This document shows, piece by piece, positions 26,654 through 39,595 of a stretch of 64,000 nt of DNA; positions within the stretch are counted from its first letter, which is position 1, and every line of letters begins with the position of its first letter. The DNA is from Antedon mediterranea (Eukaryota; Animalia; Echinodermata): NCBI RefSeq assembly GCF_964355755.1, contig NC_092671.1, forward strand, positions 24,874,070-24,938,069, in the 5' to 3' direction. A program made the translations under genes and the position numbers. Under the pieces are notes generated by a model. It ran no database searches. It had not been told where the DNA came from and worked only from the letters and a program-made list of their open reading frames with translations.

Positions 26654-26755
26654 GACGCTCGCTTCGCAGATTAGATTTAAAGCAGAGTTGAACGGAATAG
26701 TAGTAGTTCATATCGAACAGTTACATTTGTTGCAAATTCAAAAATATAAATAATA

Positions 26756-26929
26756 ATGGCATCGGTTATTACAACTGCTGTCTTAGTTTCGGTATTGACT
26801 TTTGTGTTACAAATTGTTAGCAGCATTCCAGTTGAAATAAATGGTAGCGGAGATGTGGACATACAACTTTTGGGTGAAATCACAACATCACAGCACACAT
26901 TCCAGAGGGGTAAAAGAGCAATGAAAGTT
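26756..26929 (+). CDS. Exon 1 of secreted cysteine-rich precursor: signal peptide + pro-peptide + GKR site
   Basis: ATAATGG start; hydrophobic MASVITTAVLVSVLTFVLQIVSS; ...HTFQRGKRAMKV followed by canonical GTAAGT donor at 26930 (phase 0). Confidence 0.9.
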
Positions 26930-27124
26930 GTAAGTATTTATTTTTAATATACTTCAATTCTAAACCTGTATTTCTTGATTGACATAAATTTATTTTGCTA
27001 ACTGAACTTTTACATACAATACAAATAATCTAAAATAACAAGTGATATAATGTGATAGTTACCGAATAACATTCTAAACATTGATCATTCAAATACTAAA
27101 TTTTCATTTTATTTATTTTTTCAG

Positions 27125-27391
27125 AGTGGTAGCCAATCGTGTTCATCTCATAACCAATGTAATCGAGGTCAATGCTGTGCCTTCAGCTTTGGTCGAAAAA
27201 TTTGCAAAGATTCGCAAAAAACGCGAAAGTTAGGAGAAACATGTTCTATTTTTGATGTACACAAATATTTGGATTTAAACGACTTAACGAGATCTTTCAC
27301 AACTTGTCCGTTGGTATGCAGGAAAGGACTTAGATGCAGAGCAACGCAAGGCAAATCACGAAAAAGGATAGCAGTGTGCAGCAGGAGATAG
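27125..27391 (+). CDS. Exon 2 of secreted precursor: 10-Cys prokineticin/astakine/colipase-fold-like domain
   Basis: Polypyrimidine TTTTTTTCAG acceptor. Translates SGSQSCSSHNQCNRGQCCAFSFGRKICKDSQKTRKLGETCSIFDVHKYLDLNDLTRSFTTCPLVCRKGLRCRATQGKSRKRIAVCSRR*. Pattern C-x5-C-x4-CC-x8-C-x12-C-x20-C-x3-C-x5-C-x13-C. Confidence 0.88.
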   Translation, partial: SGSQSCSSHNQCNRGQCCAFSFGRKICKDSQKTRKLGETCSIFDVHKYLDLNDLTRSFTTCPLVCRKGLRCRATQGKSRKRIAVCSRR

Positions 27392-30300
27392 ATGGAAGAG
27401 GCGGTATCCTTACAGATCGTAGAGTCTATCGACGAAAAAGTTTTCCTTCCTGTCACCGAACCTCTTAGCTTGAGTACGAGGGTTTATTCACTATCTAAGA
27501 ACCACAAGCTGTTAAGTGTACTCTCAAGTTTGATGGCTATTATGGGAAGTCCACTACCGTCCTTCAATTGCTGCAGCTGATGAAACCCCACGCTTTAACG
27601 TTGCCAAGTGATTTTAATTTCAACAGACATTACATAATATGATTTTGCTGTTTTTCCAGGCTTCCGTTTTGTTCAGCGTCGGTTTCACGTGGAACCAATG
27701 ATTGAGACGGTATTAGTGACATTGTGTTCTACACGAAATCCAAACATAATTGCATTATGCAATGCTGGGATATGCTGTAATATCATTAAAAAAAACTCCT
27801 GGCATAGATTTTTGTCAACGCATGTTATTGTAAATCTTGTTCGGTCAAATGAATATAATTTACATACATTCGAAAGTGACTCAATGACAATGTGAGTACT
27901 ATTACGCGTGTCAGTTAAGTACATCTTTTAATAGTACGCTTAGGCGTATTGCGCGTAAAAGTATTTTAATGAGTCACGTTAGGATTTAAATATTATTTTT
28001 ATAATACAAACGATTGGTATTGTCCAATATTGAAGATGCAAAGATGTATCTTAACTTGTGATATTATTTGTGCAGGCCTATATTGTAAACTAAGTTTGTT
28101 GTAAGAATGATCTTGGTATTAACTCTATAAATAACTAATTAATCATATAATAATAGTATTAGGGCCTGTAAACAGAACATCTCATTGACAATGTCTAATT
28201 AATAAACACAATTTTGCGCCGTTTGTTCATAATATCGATATTTCGTTATAATATAGTATACCGATGATTATAATGCTTTAACGATCTATTATAAAATGTT
28301 TTGTAGACGTATACAACGATTTACGCCAGCTTAAAAATAATACGTAAAATATAAGAGAACTCAACGCAAACAGGTTGGAGGGATATAAATATTATAAGAA
28401 TGTATTTTCTGTCTATTATCTCGCTAATAAGGATTATGAAATAATGCAAGACTGTTTGAAAATCGCAAATTATCCCTTCTGTGAATTTAATTTAAATTAA
28501 TTCATCTTTTTTTCAAAAGATACCTTGTCATTCGAAAAAAAGGTTCAATATCCACAAACACTGAAAAAGTGGAAATGTTATGTTGAAAGTGGAATTAAGT
28601 GTGTTTAGTTATGTATTTATGGTAAATTATTTATTTAAAGTGATGTACAGTATAATATATAAATTGTTATTTATTAATAAAATGAATATTTGAATGAAAT
28701 AGTATTTGTGTCAGAACGTTTCTTGAACAGAATGCGTCTATAGTACAGATATCCCGCAGACAGACAGACATACATACACATACATATGGGATCCTCCTCT
28801 TCTACGTCGCAGAACTGGAATCGAAAACCTATTCAACACCAAATAGCCTACTAAGGTGTTTGTTAAGAATTTTCTTCGATTGTGTAACATGACTAACCTT
28901 AAATGTGAGTTCATTTTTGGTGGTACTAAACGGTAATGTTGGTTTGTGAAGCCAACTTAACTGGGTAAATGGTGAAAGCTACCAAACTATTTTTATGTAA
29001 ATTGAGAACTAGATACATAAAAATATAATTTTGTTAACTGAAAAAGTTAGAAGAAAGATGTCGACTGCCCACATTTCATACAAATCAATATGTAAGTAAA
29101 GTATAAATTATAAATTGTAATATTGTAAGATTTCGTCGTTTCATTTATCCAATTGACCAGAGAGCGATATCAACACAAACATACACAACATAAAAATGAA
29201 AAATTCTGGGGAAAATACATCGCTGTAACTCAATGAGTTAGCTAACTCTGTACTATCTATAACCATTAATCATTTATTCTCTGATTAATACGTAATAATA
29301 GCAATGAAGCAATTGTAATGCGAGAAACAGATTTTAAATAAGAACGTAAATGAACCTTGTCGTCATCATTGTCTGTAGGCGCACAGGTTTACGCCAACAA
29401 CCAATACTTAAGTGCAAATGAATGCGAATAAACTAATGTACTTATAACATAATGAGGACAAGGTAATTCGCTTTTTTTTTTTATTATATGATAAATACAA
29501 AATTCAAGGTTGCTTCCGATCGTTCGTCATCATAAAACCCTCATTGTGGCAGAGTGGTAAAGCATGATACGAACAAAAGTTCGGGGTTCGTTGAATGTCG
29601 CACTTCGCCTGGCCTTTTCCATGTCAACATTTTCTATCTTTTTCACTTTATGAAATTATTATATATATATGTGACAATAAATATGCATATAAAATCATTG
29701 TGGGTGTAAAAGTATCGTTTTATTATCATAATTTTAAAAGCAAATTAATATTTTTGATCTTTTATAATACTTTACTACGATTTAATCTTTGATGATGATG
29801 AAACTTTTGTTGAATATCCAAAACAGTTTTCTGTAATATAAAAGTTGGAAGCCGGACCTGTCCACTGCTGACTTGTGTTTTGATTTGATCATGACTTTGT
29901 TTTAAATACCGTTCGAGAAATACTAATAAACTAAAAACTACTGTTGTCTCTTTATCATCTGATAGGCTACACTCTGCACATTATGTTTAAGCTTAGCACA
30001 TTTAAAACGGTGACATTCTAAAAATTTAATACAAATTAAATTAATAGACCTCGAAGTCTCGTAATTAAGTTAACAACGAATTGAACTATAGCCTAATCAT
30101 CGTCACTATACCCGAACGCCACTTCTCTGCCGCCGTTTACCATCGCATCGTCATACGTCAGTCATCATGAAGGGTTTCTAAAAATGCTATTATATTAAAT
30201 AAGAGATGTATCGTCAATGACGGTCATGCCCTTTATCATTTTTATTCCGACAACATAAATGACATCTTCTTTTCAAACAACAACATCTATAATTAATGAA

Positions 30301-31015
30301 ATCTAACTTCTGAAACTCGGTTCGCGTACCAAGCTTTTCATTAGTACACGTTTCATCTGTATGATGTTATTATAATTTATATACCTTGTAATGAAAATAT
30401 AATAATACTACCAAATATGCATTATTCATTTTCTTAATTGTTATCCTGTAGAGAAAAAGAAAGACATTCAGAAAACTGATTGGCTAAAACAAAAGTACAA
30501 AATGCTAAATAATTTGATTGTATAGCCATATTTTTTACATTATACAGTAGTATCTAAATATTTAATTTATTTTGAAACTGTAAACGTAAATAATAAACTG
30601 ACTGTTCAATATCAATAAAAGATCGTAGATAATAAGCCTACTCATGGAGGTATACCATATTTTTATACCTCCATGGCCGGCCTACTATAAACTACCGTAG
30701 TATAATTTTAGTAATAATTGTCTCTGTCTCTGAAAATTGCATATCTTATAGCGCCCTCAAACAAAAGAATTTTGAGGCACCAAAATACAAAAAAATGTCG
30801 ACTGCTTTTGTTAAGGTTTGTTTTATTATAACCATCGTAAATACAGTACACTATATTTGCATGTAGACAAGTATACGATGATTTAGAATAATTAATGTTG
30901 TTATTTTAGCTATATCAACCGTTGAGCTGGACTATTAATACTAAAAATTTAATATCTAGGCCTAGCCTAGTCTAGGCTAGCTAGGCCTACTAACTCTAGC
31001 TAGGCCTAGCTAGCC

Positions 31016-31813
31016 GGGTGCAGGTCAAGTCGGCCCCAAACAGTCTCGGCCCCACGTCAAGTCGGCCCCACGTCAAGTCGGCCCCAAGTCAACTCGGCCT
31101 CAAGTCAACTCGGCCTCACGTCAACTCGGCCAAAAACTAATCGGTCAACTCGGCCACAATAAAGTATGGAACGCAAAAAGTGCTTTATAATATTATTACG
31201 ATTCTTACTATCCACGTTTTAAAAAAAATGAAGAAATAAAAAATATAATATATAAAAAAATGAACTCATTGCCGATATATGAATAGAAGTACCCGCGTGT
31301 TACAAAAAACACGTGCAGGTACCGTATTTTAGGAAATCGAAGACGGAGGCCTACGTTCCACCATTTGGCCATAGAAAAAATGATCGTACATCGTTTTTGT
31401 GCATGATTTGCGTTTTAAAAAAAGGGGAATCCCCCGGTCAGCGAAAACATGTAGCAGTTGTAGATATCGAAAAAGCTGGCAAACGCGCAGGGAGGCTCAG
31501 CTACGAAATTTTATTAAACGTAAATAAAGGAAAGTTGGTGAAATCATTCCTATTTTTTTTGCTAAATATATTATTGTCTAAATAATAATATTCATTAAAA
31601 GTCAGAATTATTCATAGTTAAAAAATTGTGAAGAAATATTATTTTATCAATCCCCATCATTTGCACTTTTTGCGTTCCATACTTTAACGGGGCCGAGTTG
31701 ACCGATTATTTTTTGGCCGAGTTGACGTGAGGCCGACTTGACTTGGGGCCGACTTGACTTGGGGCCGACTTGACTTTGGCCGAGACGGTTTAGGGCCGAC
31801 TTGGATCGAAACC
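31016..31813. mobile_element. Second member of the same foldback family with a different interior
   Basis: Same termini GGGTGCAGGTCAA... and ...TTGGATCGAAACC, same 15-bp repeats; TSD degenerate. Confidence 0.85.
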
Positions 31814-32009
31814 GCAGCCTCTACTTACTAGACTCTAGTCTAGGCTAGGCCTAGCTAGAGACTAGAGGAGGCCCTGCTGGCCTAGCTAGCTAGAGGCTTG
31901 CATATAGACCTAGGTCAGGCCTAGGCCTACTAGGCTATAAAATGAAAGACTTCATATTCAAAATAACACCGTTATTTTTTATTTAGATAAATAAACATGC
32001 CAATCCACA

Positions 32010-32230
32010 AAAACGCTAGTGCGGCCGATACATGACGGTACCGTTTATTGCGGCCCCAGTTTGGGAATCCAATATTACAAAGCAACAGAGAGTGTCAGCA
32101 ATTAGAACAAATCCAGAGAAAGGCCTTTAAAAGTATTTTCCTACAGGCCACTTATTTAGAGGCCATCATCTTCATTGGATTAACTACCTTAGAAGATTGG
32201 CGTGTTTCACTGTACAAGGATTTACTCGCT
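32010..32230 (+). mobile_element. Decayed 3' fragment of a CR1/L2-type LINE
   Basis: TLVRPI...LEQIQRKAFKSIF..TYLEAI..GLTTLEDWR resembles the post-RT C-terminus of CR1/L2 ORF2. Confidence 0.6.
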
Positions 32231-32697
32231 GTCATCATTGTCATCCATATTGAATCAGTTGTCGCCGCAGGCAGGGTTTATGATAAAAATTGTTAATAAG
32301 TACAGTACATGCTAACATATTTAATGTTATTATGATGTACGTTTTATACATTTTTAATGTAAAAAACTGTCGAAATACTGATTTGTTTTATTCCGAAACT
32401 GAAGACCGCCCTCTGTGAAATGCCTAAGTGTTGTTCAGAAGCTGATGATTGACGCATTTGAGAATGAATTTAGTTTAATAGTTTTTTTTAAACTGATTTT
32501 AACTTTTTTCTGGAAGGAAAAATATATTATGAGTTAAATTTACCACTAGCGTGTGTTACTCTTACTGTAGTAACATTAATATCATGTTTTATCATGTAAA
32601 AACCTACCAGGCGGGCGTATAGTAGATTAGTATGAACGCATTCATAACCTTATAGATTTTGTTCCTGGTTTTTTCTCAGATGATTGGAAACCTTTGA

Positions 32698-32943
<246 letters not shown>

Positions 32944-34680
32944 TAGTATAAATAAGATTGTTCATCATTTTTTTTATGGTAGAATATTTGTTGCCGCTCT
33001 AGAGTAAACAGTGCAGTGTCATGACATCATAAGGCCACTTGTACTCATGTCGGAGTCTGAGAGGAACGCCAAAATACCACTGAACAAGTGCTTAAATTTG
33101 CCAGTCGTCATGGGCATAACATAAAAATGACGTAATAGGGTAGCACTTTCCTGTCTGCCACCAAACAACTCTTATTTGTCTGAGCCAAACTCCAGTAAAA
33201 TAAGCTTAATCCCATACTCTTAATAAAAATGCAATTTGTATTCTTAAGTGCATAGAAGCCAGATGTGTACACTGCCTCCAGTTACTTTACTGTATGTTTG
33301 GTACAGGACTATACAGTAGGAGAGCATTGAAAATATGCCGATTTGTTATGGCCGTCGTTTTTGCCACCTATGCCATAACCCCACATGACTTGACATACTT
33401 CATTCATACACAACAGTAATTTATACATTAGAACTGTGTAATCCACATGAATGTGAGACTATGGTCATGAAGCAAGGTTCGTGTCCCCACATCTTGCAAT
33501 TTGTTAACCGTGATGATGTCACTATGTAAAGCTGTATGTTTTTGTATGCAGTAGATTAAAACATTTATGTAAAAACCACACATACTGTAGCAACGTTAAT
33601 GTATTTTTTTCACACACTTCGCTTAGGCCCATTTTCTGTTGTTTTCTGTACTAACTCTCAAAATCAACAATAATCTGCCATTTTTTATATTACTGTAGTT
33701 CAATATTTAAGATCTTTTGGAAAATTTAACTTGCGTTTCAAATTATGCCAGGAATTATCAAATAAACATTGAAAATACACAGTGTGTACAGTAAGCATAG
33801 AGAAATTAGCACACCAAAACAGTTTGTTAATTTCATACCCAACCCCATTATAGACATCCACCGTCACAATTTTCTTTTTTACGTCAGAGTTGTTGAAACA
33901 TCATCACTTAATTACCTGACGTAAAAACAGCTAATTACTTTATTGTTATTTTTTTACAAATAATTAATCTCATCAGGGTTTCCACCACGCTGGTCAGCCG
34001 TCTATGGGCCAGTCCAGCAATCAAACATATCAGAACATGATATACAGTCTGCTGACCACCACTAATTATTACAAGAGATAATATAGTTACAACAAGCAGA
34101 ATGCACTGGTTACAACATCCCTGATGTCATTTTAATGTTTGATATTTAAATCTATTATAATTATTTGGAACGTTACAACATCATTGAAGATTCAGTATAG
34201 ATGATAATCACCTAAACAAATGTGTACTGTTGTTGCCCAGTTAATAATTAATAGAAAGCTTTCGCATTGGGATGGCAAACAAAGGGGATAGTAATTAACA
34301 GAGTGTGATGATTATTTTGAGACACAAGCGACAGCGGTCATCCCCTTCCTAGACATTGTCCGTAGACCCTGTGAACGCTGGCTTGGTGGTTGTGTTTGAG
34401 AAGTTTCTTTCTTCTTGAAGATGTTTTTTTTCTATGAATCTTGAAGAATCCAAGTAAATTCACAGCCTACACATACTATAGTTAATTAAAATGTTTTAAT
34501 TAATAAGTTTAAATGAAATTTAAATTACGCCTACCATATGTTGTTCTGTCTATTGGATCAAACATTGGATCAAATATTAAATCAACCAAATACATAGTCG
34601 CGGTAATGAACGGAGTATACTGGGCTCATAAGTTATGCATTCATAGATTTATATTTTGTATCAAATACCATTTTCTTTTG

Positions 34681-34817
34681 TCTGACCGTTCCCTGTCTGA
34701 CTGTCCCCTGTCTGACCGTCCCCTGTCTGACCGTCCCCTGTCTGACCGTCCCCTGTCTGACTGTCCCCTGTCTGACCGTCCCCTGTCTGACCGTCCCCTG
34801 TCTGACCGTCCCCTGTC
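34681..34817. repeat. 15-bp minisatellite, about 9 copies
   Basis: (TCTGACCGTCCCCTG)n. Confidence 0.95.
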
Positions 34818-36014
34818 GACAAAAAAATGTGACTATGTATAGGTATGTATGTAGTATATCAGTTTATGAAGTTGAAACCCAAGCTACTGTACCACCAGGA
34901 GGCTAACTTTGTTCCATGTTTTTGTTTTAAAGCTCATCTTTTTCAATTAGGTATCTCTTTTAAATAATATACTGTATAGTGCTGTGGTGATAATTAGGAG
35001 TGAATGCATTTTTATGAACGTACTGTAATTAATATAATTAGGAGGAACATGGATTCCTTTTCTCACTTGAAGTACTAAAACAGGTATGTTATTGTTAATT
35101 AAGGTAATTATGAGAAAATGTGTTAATTGTATGAATCTTGTTTAAAATCAGGAATTACAATTTTCTATCATCACTAAAACTAGTCTGAAATTTGTGTACA
35201 ATTAATTAGTATCAGTATGTATTAAGGTCGGGGAAATATTTTCGCACTGGACTTGAAATAAATAATATTTAAAGATAAGAAAAATGATACAATGATGATA
35301 CAAAAATGTTCTTAATTTGTCAAAGGGTGTATAGTAAGTAATGTAATCCTGTTGGATCCACTCCTGCAGACTGTATAATTTTTGTTCAGAGAATGTGTTA
35401 CTTTGAATGATGGAACATAGTGGTGTTAACTTGGATGACTAATAACAATATTAACCAAAAAAATAATTCTACAATATAATATTAATAATGGTCTTAAGAA
35501 ATGATTAAATTTTAAGTTTTAATGTATTTTCAAAAGTTACTAATTCCACCTGTTTACTCTTTGAATTGAAATTTTCCCATTACAAACAACAGGATGTGGG
35601 TTTTCTCCAATACAGACATGTTTGACCCAGAATTTAATTCATAAGAGACTATAAAACCAAGACATTTTATTGCCTTAATTAGATTGGAATTTGTGGATGG
35701 TATCTCATAGGGTCTCTTTCTGCTACATAGCACCAAATAAACTGTTTATTTCCAAAAAATTGATTTAAAATATAATTTATATATTGACTGCATATCTGCT
35801 CAATTTCTGTTCCTTAATAACCGTTTAAATCAATCGGCGGGTGTTGACAGAAATCGTTAGCAGTACCCAAAATACAATGGATTCTGGAAGTCAATTCAAA
35901 CGTTACTACAGTATACAGTAGTTGATACAAGGTCAGTTCCTGTCAATCAAATAACCGGTAATTTGCGTTGCAACTAAAAGTTATACAGCAATAACCGGTT
36001 AAATGGCATTCTAA

Positions 36015-36399
36015 AGGTCCGGTCACACCTTACCGAATATTAATTAGACCGATATCGATACAAAAATATCGGTATAGTGCATAACAGCGGGGGCGGTCAC
36101 ACTAGAGCGATAATCGAGACGGTCGAATGGCTTCTATAGCGATGTTTTTTTTCGCCCGATAATTTTGTTTTTTAGCCAATCAGATGATGGAACGTTATAC
36201 CTGTCACTACACGTACGTATACGTACTACTACGACGTCGCGATGGCTGACACAACAGACATTGTTTTGGAAACACTTATTTTGAACGTTCAACTAAACAC
36301 AGTTCTGTATGAGGAAAGGGACACGGCGAATACAAAAACAAAATTTAATAAAAATGATATATGAAACGAGATTGGAGAGAGGGTTGGAATGACTGGTAA
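36015..36399 (+). mobile_element. Harbinger-like left end with decayed MADF/Myb-SANT exon (36242-36396)
   Basis: TAA|AGGTCCGGTCACACC terminus. MADTTDIVLETLILNVQLNTVLY...YKNK...EIGERVGMT, with stops and a frameshift. Confidence 0.55.
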
Positions 36400-39110
36400 T
36401 AGTAGAGCAGTTTAACGCCATAAAAATAGCCAAGTTGTGCACTTTATTACCAAAGCATGAAACTTTCCACAAAGTTTCTTTGATGTATATAGATTCAAAA
36501 TATCGGGGGCTGCCAAGTGTCCAACGTCCGGTATGACGGCCATCTTGATTTCAAAATGGCCACCATAAAAACAAAAAGTGTTCATATCTTGGCAACTATA
36601 AACAGTAGAGACTTGATTCTGGTGTTAAATTGTTCACAAACCACATATTTCTATTTTCTCTAATGAAAAGTTTCGTCCAAAAATGACCGGAAATGACGTT
36701 TCTTCCAGTTTGACCTTTGACCTCGTATTTGTATATCTCAGTAACTACTGATCATTTTCAATCGATTTTGGTGTCATGTGGTTAAATTGGTATAAATGCA
36801 CCTAATTTTTTTACCGAAATAAATGACACGGAATTATTATTCTGAATTTTTTACTTTTGATGTGATAGGATAGGATAGGCATAAAGTATGACAGATCACT
36901 GAGCTCATCTATGCCGACATGTTTGCTAAACTGTGATGTGTCAATCGTTTTTTCGTTGCATCTAAAAAAATGTACTCCATTTTTATGGTAATGGGCCTTT
37001 GCTGTAAACATTTCATCTGAATCCTTTTCCTCGATTTTCTCTAGTCATTGATTTTTAGCAAAATTCGAACTAAATCAATTCGTAAAAGACATCTCAATAT
37101 AATTATTCAAGTAATCCTCAAATTAGTGACATGGACCTACAATATACTGTTCTGTACAAGACCTGTTTAGGCATCCACCTGTGGACTTTCACTTTAAAGG
37201 TCTTGGTTTCCTAATCATACAAGAAACAATGTCTAATTTAATCAATCAAAGTAGTGGGTCCAGACAAAGAAGGGGGTGTAAAACCATCCACAGACAAAGA
37301 AGGGGGTGTAAGACCATCCACAGACAAAGAAGGGGTTGTAAGACCATCCACATACAAAGAAGAGGGTATAAGACCATCCACAGACAAAAAAAGGGGTGTA
37401 AGACCATCCACAGACAAAGAAGGGGGTGTAAGACCATCCACACACAAAGAAGGAGGTATAAGACCATCCACAGACAAAGAAAGGGGTGTAAGGCCATCTA
37501 CAGACAAAGAAGGGGATGTAGGACTGTCCACAGACAAAGAAGGGGGTATAAGACCATCCACTGACAAAAAAAAAGGGGTATAGGACCATCCACAGACAAA
37601 GAAGGGGGCGTAGGACCGTCCACAGACAAAGAAGGGGGTGCAAGACCATCCACTGACAAAGAAAGGGGTATAGGACCACTTACAGACAAAGAAGAGGGTA
37701 TAAGACCATCCCCAGACAAATAAGGGGTGTAGGACCATCCACAGACAAAGAAGGGGAGAAGACCATCCACAGACAAAGAAGGGGATATAAGACCATCCAC
37801 AGACAAAGAAGGGGGTATAAGACCATCCACAGACAAAGAAATAAGACCATCCACAGACAAATTAAAGGAGTGCAAGACCATCCATACACAAAGGGGTGTA
37901 TAAGACCATCCACATACAAAAAAGGGGTGTAATACCATCAACGGACAAAGAAAGGGGTGTAATACCATCGACAGACAAGGAAGGGGGTATAAGATCACCC
38001 ACAGGCACAGAAGGGGTATAAAACCTTCCACAGAAAAAGAAAAGGGTGTAAGACCATCCACAGACAAAGAAGGGGGTGTAGGACCGTCCACAGACAAAGA
38101 AGGGGGTGTAAGACCATCCACCACTGACAAAGAAAGGGGTATAGGACCACTTACAGACAAAGAAGGGGTATAAGACCATCCACAGACAAATTAAAGGAGT
38201 GCAAGACCAGCCATACACAAAGAAAGGGGTGTATAAGACCATCCACATACAAAAAAGGGGTGTAATACCATCAACGGACAAAGAAAGGGGTGTAATACCA
38301 TCAACAGACAAAGAAGGGGGTATAAGATCGCCCACAGGCACAGAAGGGGGTATAAGACCGTCCACAGAAAAAGAAAGGGGTGTAAGACCATCCACAGACA
38401 AAGAAGGGGGTGTAGAACCGTCCACTGACAAAGAAAAGGGTATAGGACCACTTACAGACAAAGAAGGGGTATAAGACCATTCACAGACAAAAAAGGAGGT
38501 GTAAGGCCAACGGACCATCCACAGACAAAGAAGGGGAAGTAAGACCACCCACAGACAAAGAAGGGGTGTAAGACCATCCACATACAAAGAAGGGATTATA
38601 AGACCATCTACAGACAAAGACAGGGGTGTAAGACCATCCACACACAAAGAAAGGGGTTTAATACCATCAACAGACAAAGAAAGGGGTGTAATACCATCAA
38701 CAGACACAGAAGGGGGTATAAGACCATCCACAGACAAAGAAAGGGGTATAAGACCGTCCACAGACAAAGAAAGGGGTGTAAGACCATCCACAGACAAAGA
38801 AGGGTGCATAAGACTATCCACAGACAAAGAAGGGGGTGTAGGACCATCCACAGAAAAAGAAGGGGTGTAGGACCATCCACAGACAAAGAAGGGAGTGTAG
38901 GACCATCCACAGACAAAGAAGGGGTGTAAGACTATCTACAGACAAAGAAATGGGTGTAAGACCATCCACACATAAAGAAAGGGGTGTAATAATACCATCA
39001 ACACTTGGCACCCCCCGATATTTTGAATCTATATATATCAAAGAAACTTTGTGCCAAGTTTCATGCTTTTGTAATAAAATGCACAGCTCATGTCATTAAC
39101 TGCTCTACTA
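36400..39110. mobile_element. Academ-like non-autonomous element containing a 30-bp minisatellite
   Basis: TAGTAGAGCAG...CTGCTCTACTA termini, about 110-bp imperfect TIRs, 3-bp TSD TAA. Confidence 0.75.
37260..39002. repeat. 30-bp minisatellite, ~1.7 kb
   Basis: (CAGACAAAGAAGGGGGTGTAAGACCATCCA)n, diverged, with a higher-order duplication. Confidence 0.97.
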
Positions 39111-39595
39111 TAAGTGATTAACTAACAGCTATTAGTCCAGGCTAGGCACGCGTCTGTAATTTCTAGGCCCAGGTCTAGTACTATGTAATAGTAGACGGGT
39201 AGATGTAGACAGATGTCGGTCAGCGCGCGTGTACGGGTACAACTACGGCAGGCAGTGAACCAATTATCATGTTGTGGACCAGCTTGGCCTAACTAGTAAG
39301 CGTAGGCCACAGAATATGGTTTATAGAATGAAAAATAATAAAAATACTAGTAGTAATATTGCATTAATAACAATAATTAATGTTTCTCATTTCATCTACT
39401 ACTTTATTTCATTATGAATAATTAAATTGCTTTGCCAAACAATCATCCCTTTGCCATGGTGGCTATCTCACAGCAATATTTATGCCGAAAATATGGGGTT
39501 ACTGATCAGTAGTAGTCTTTAGATCTATAATAATTAGTTGTAACTCACCTCTAGTCTTGTAGTAGTACTAGTAGGCCTACTGCTACTACAGGTAT

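Noticed and set aside
29545-29610. tRNA-like A box / GGTTCG
   Set aside because: No cloverleaf; at most a very old SINE head.
37181-39041. Many long overlapping ORFs (e.g. 37862-38851, 329 aa)
   Set aside because: By-products of a 30-bp minisatellite lacking stops; low-complexity translations.
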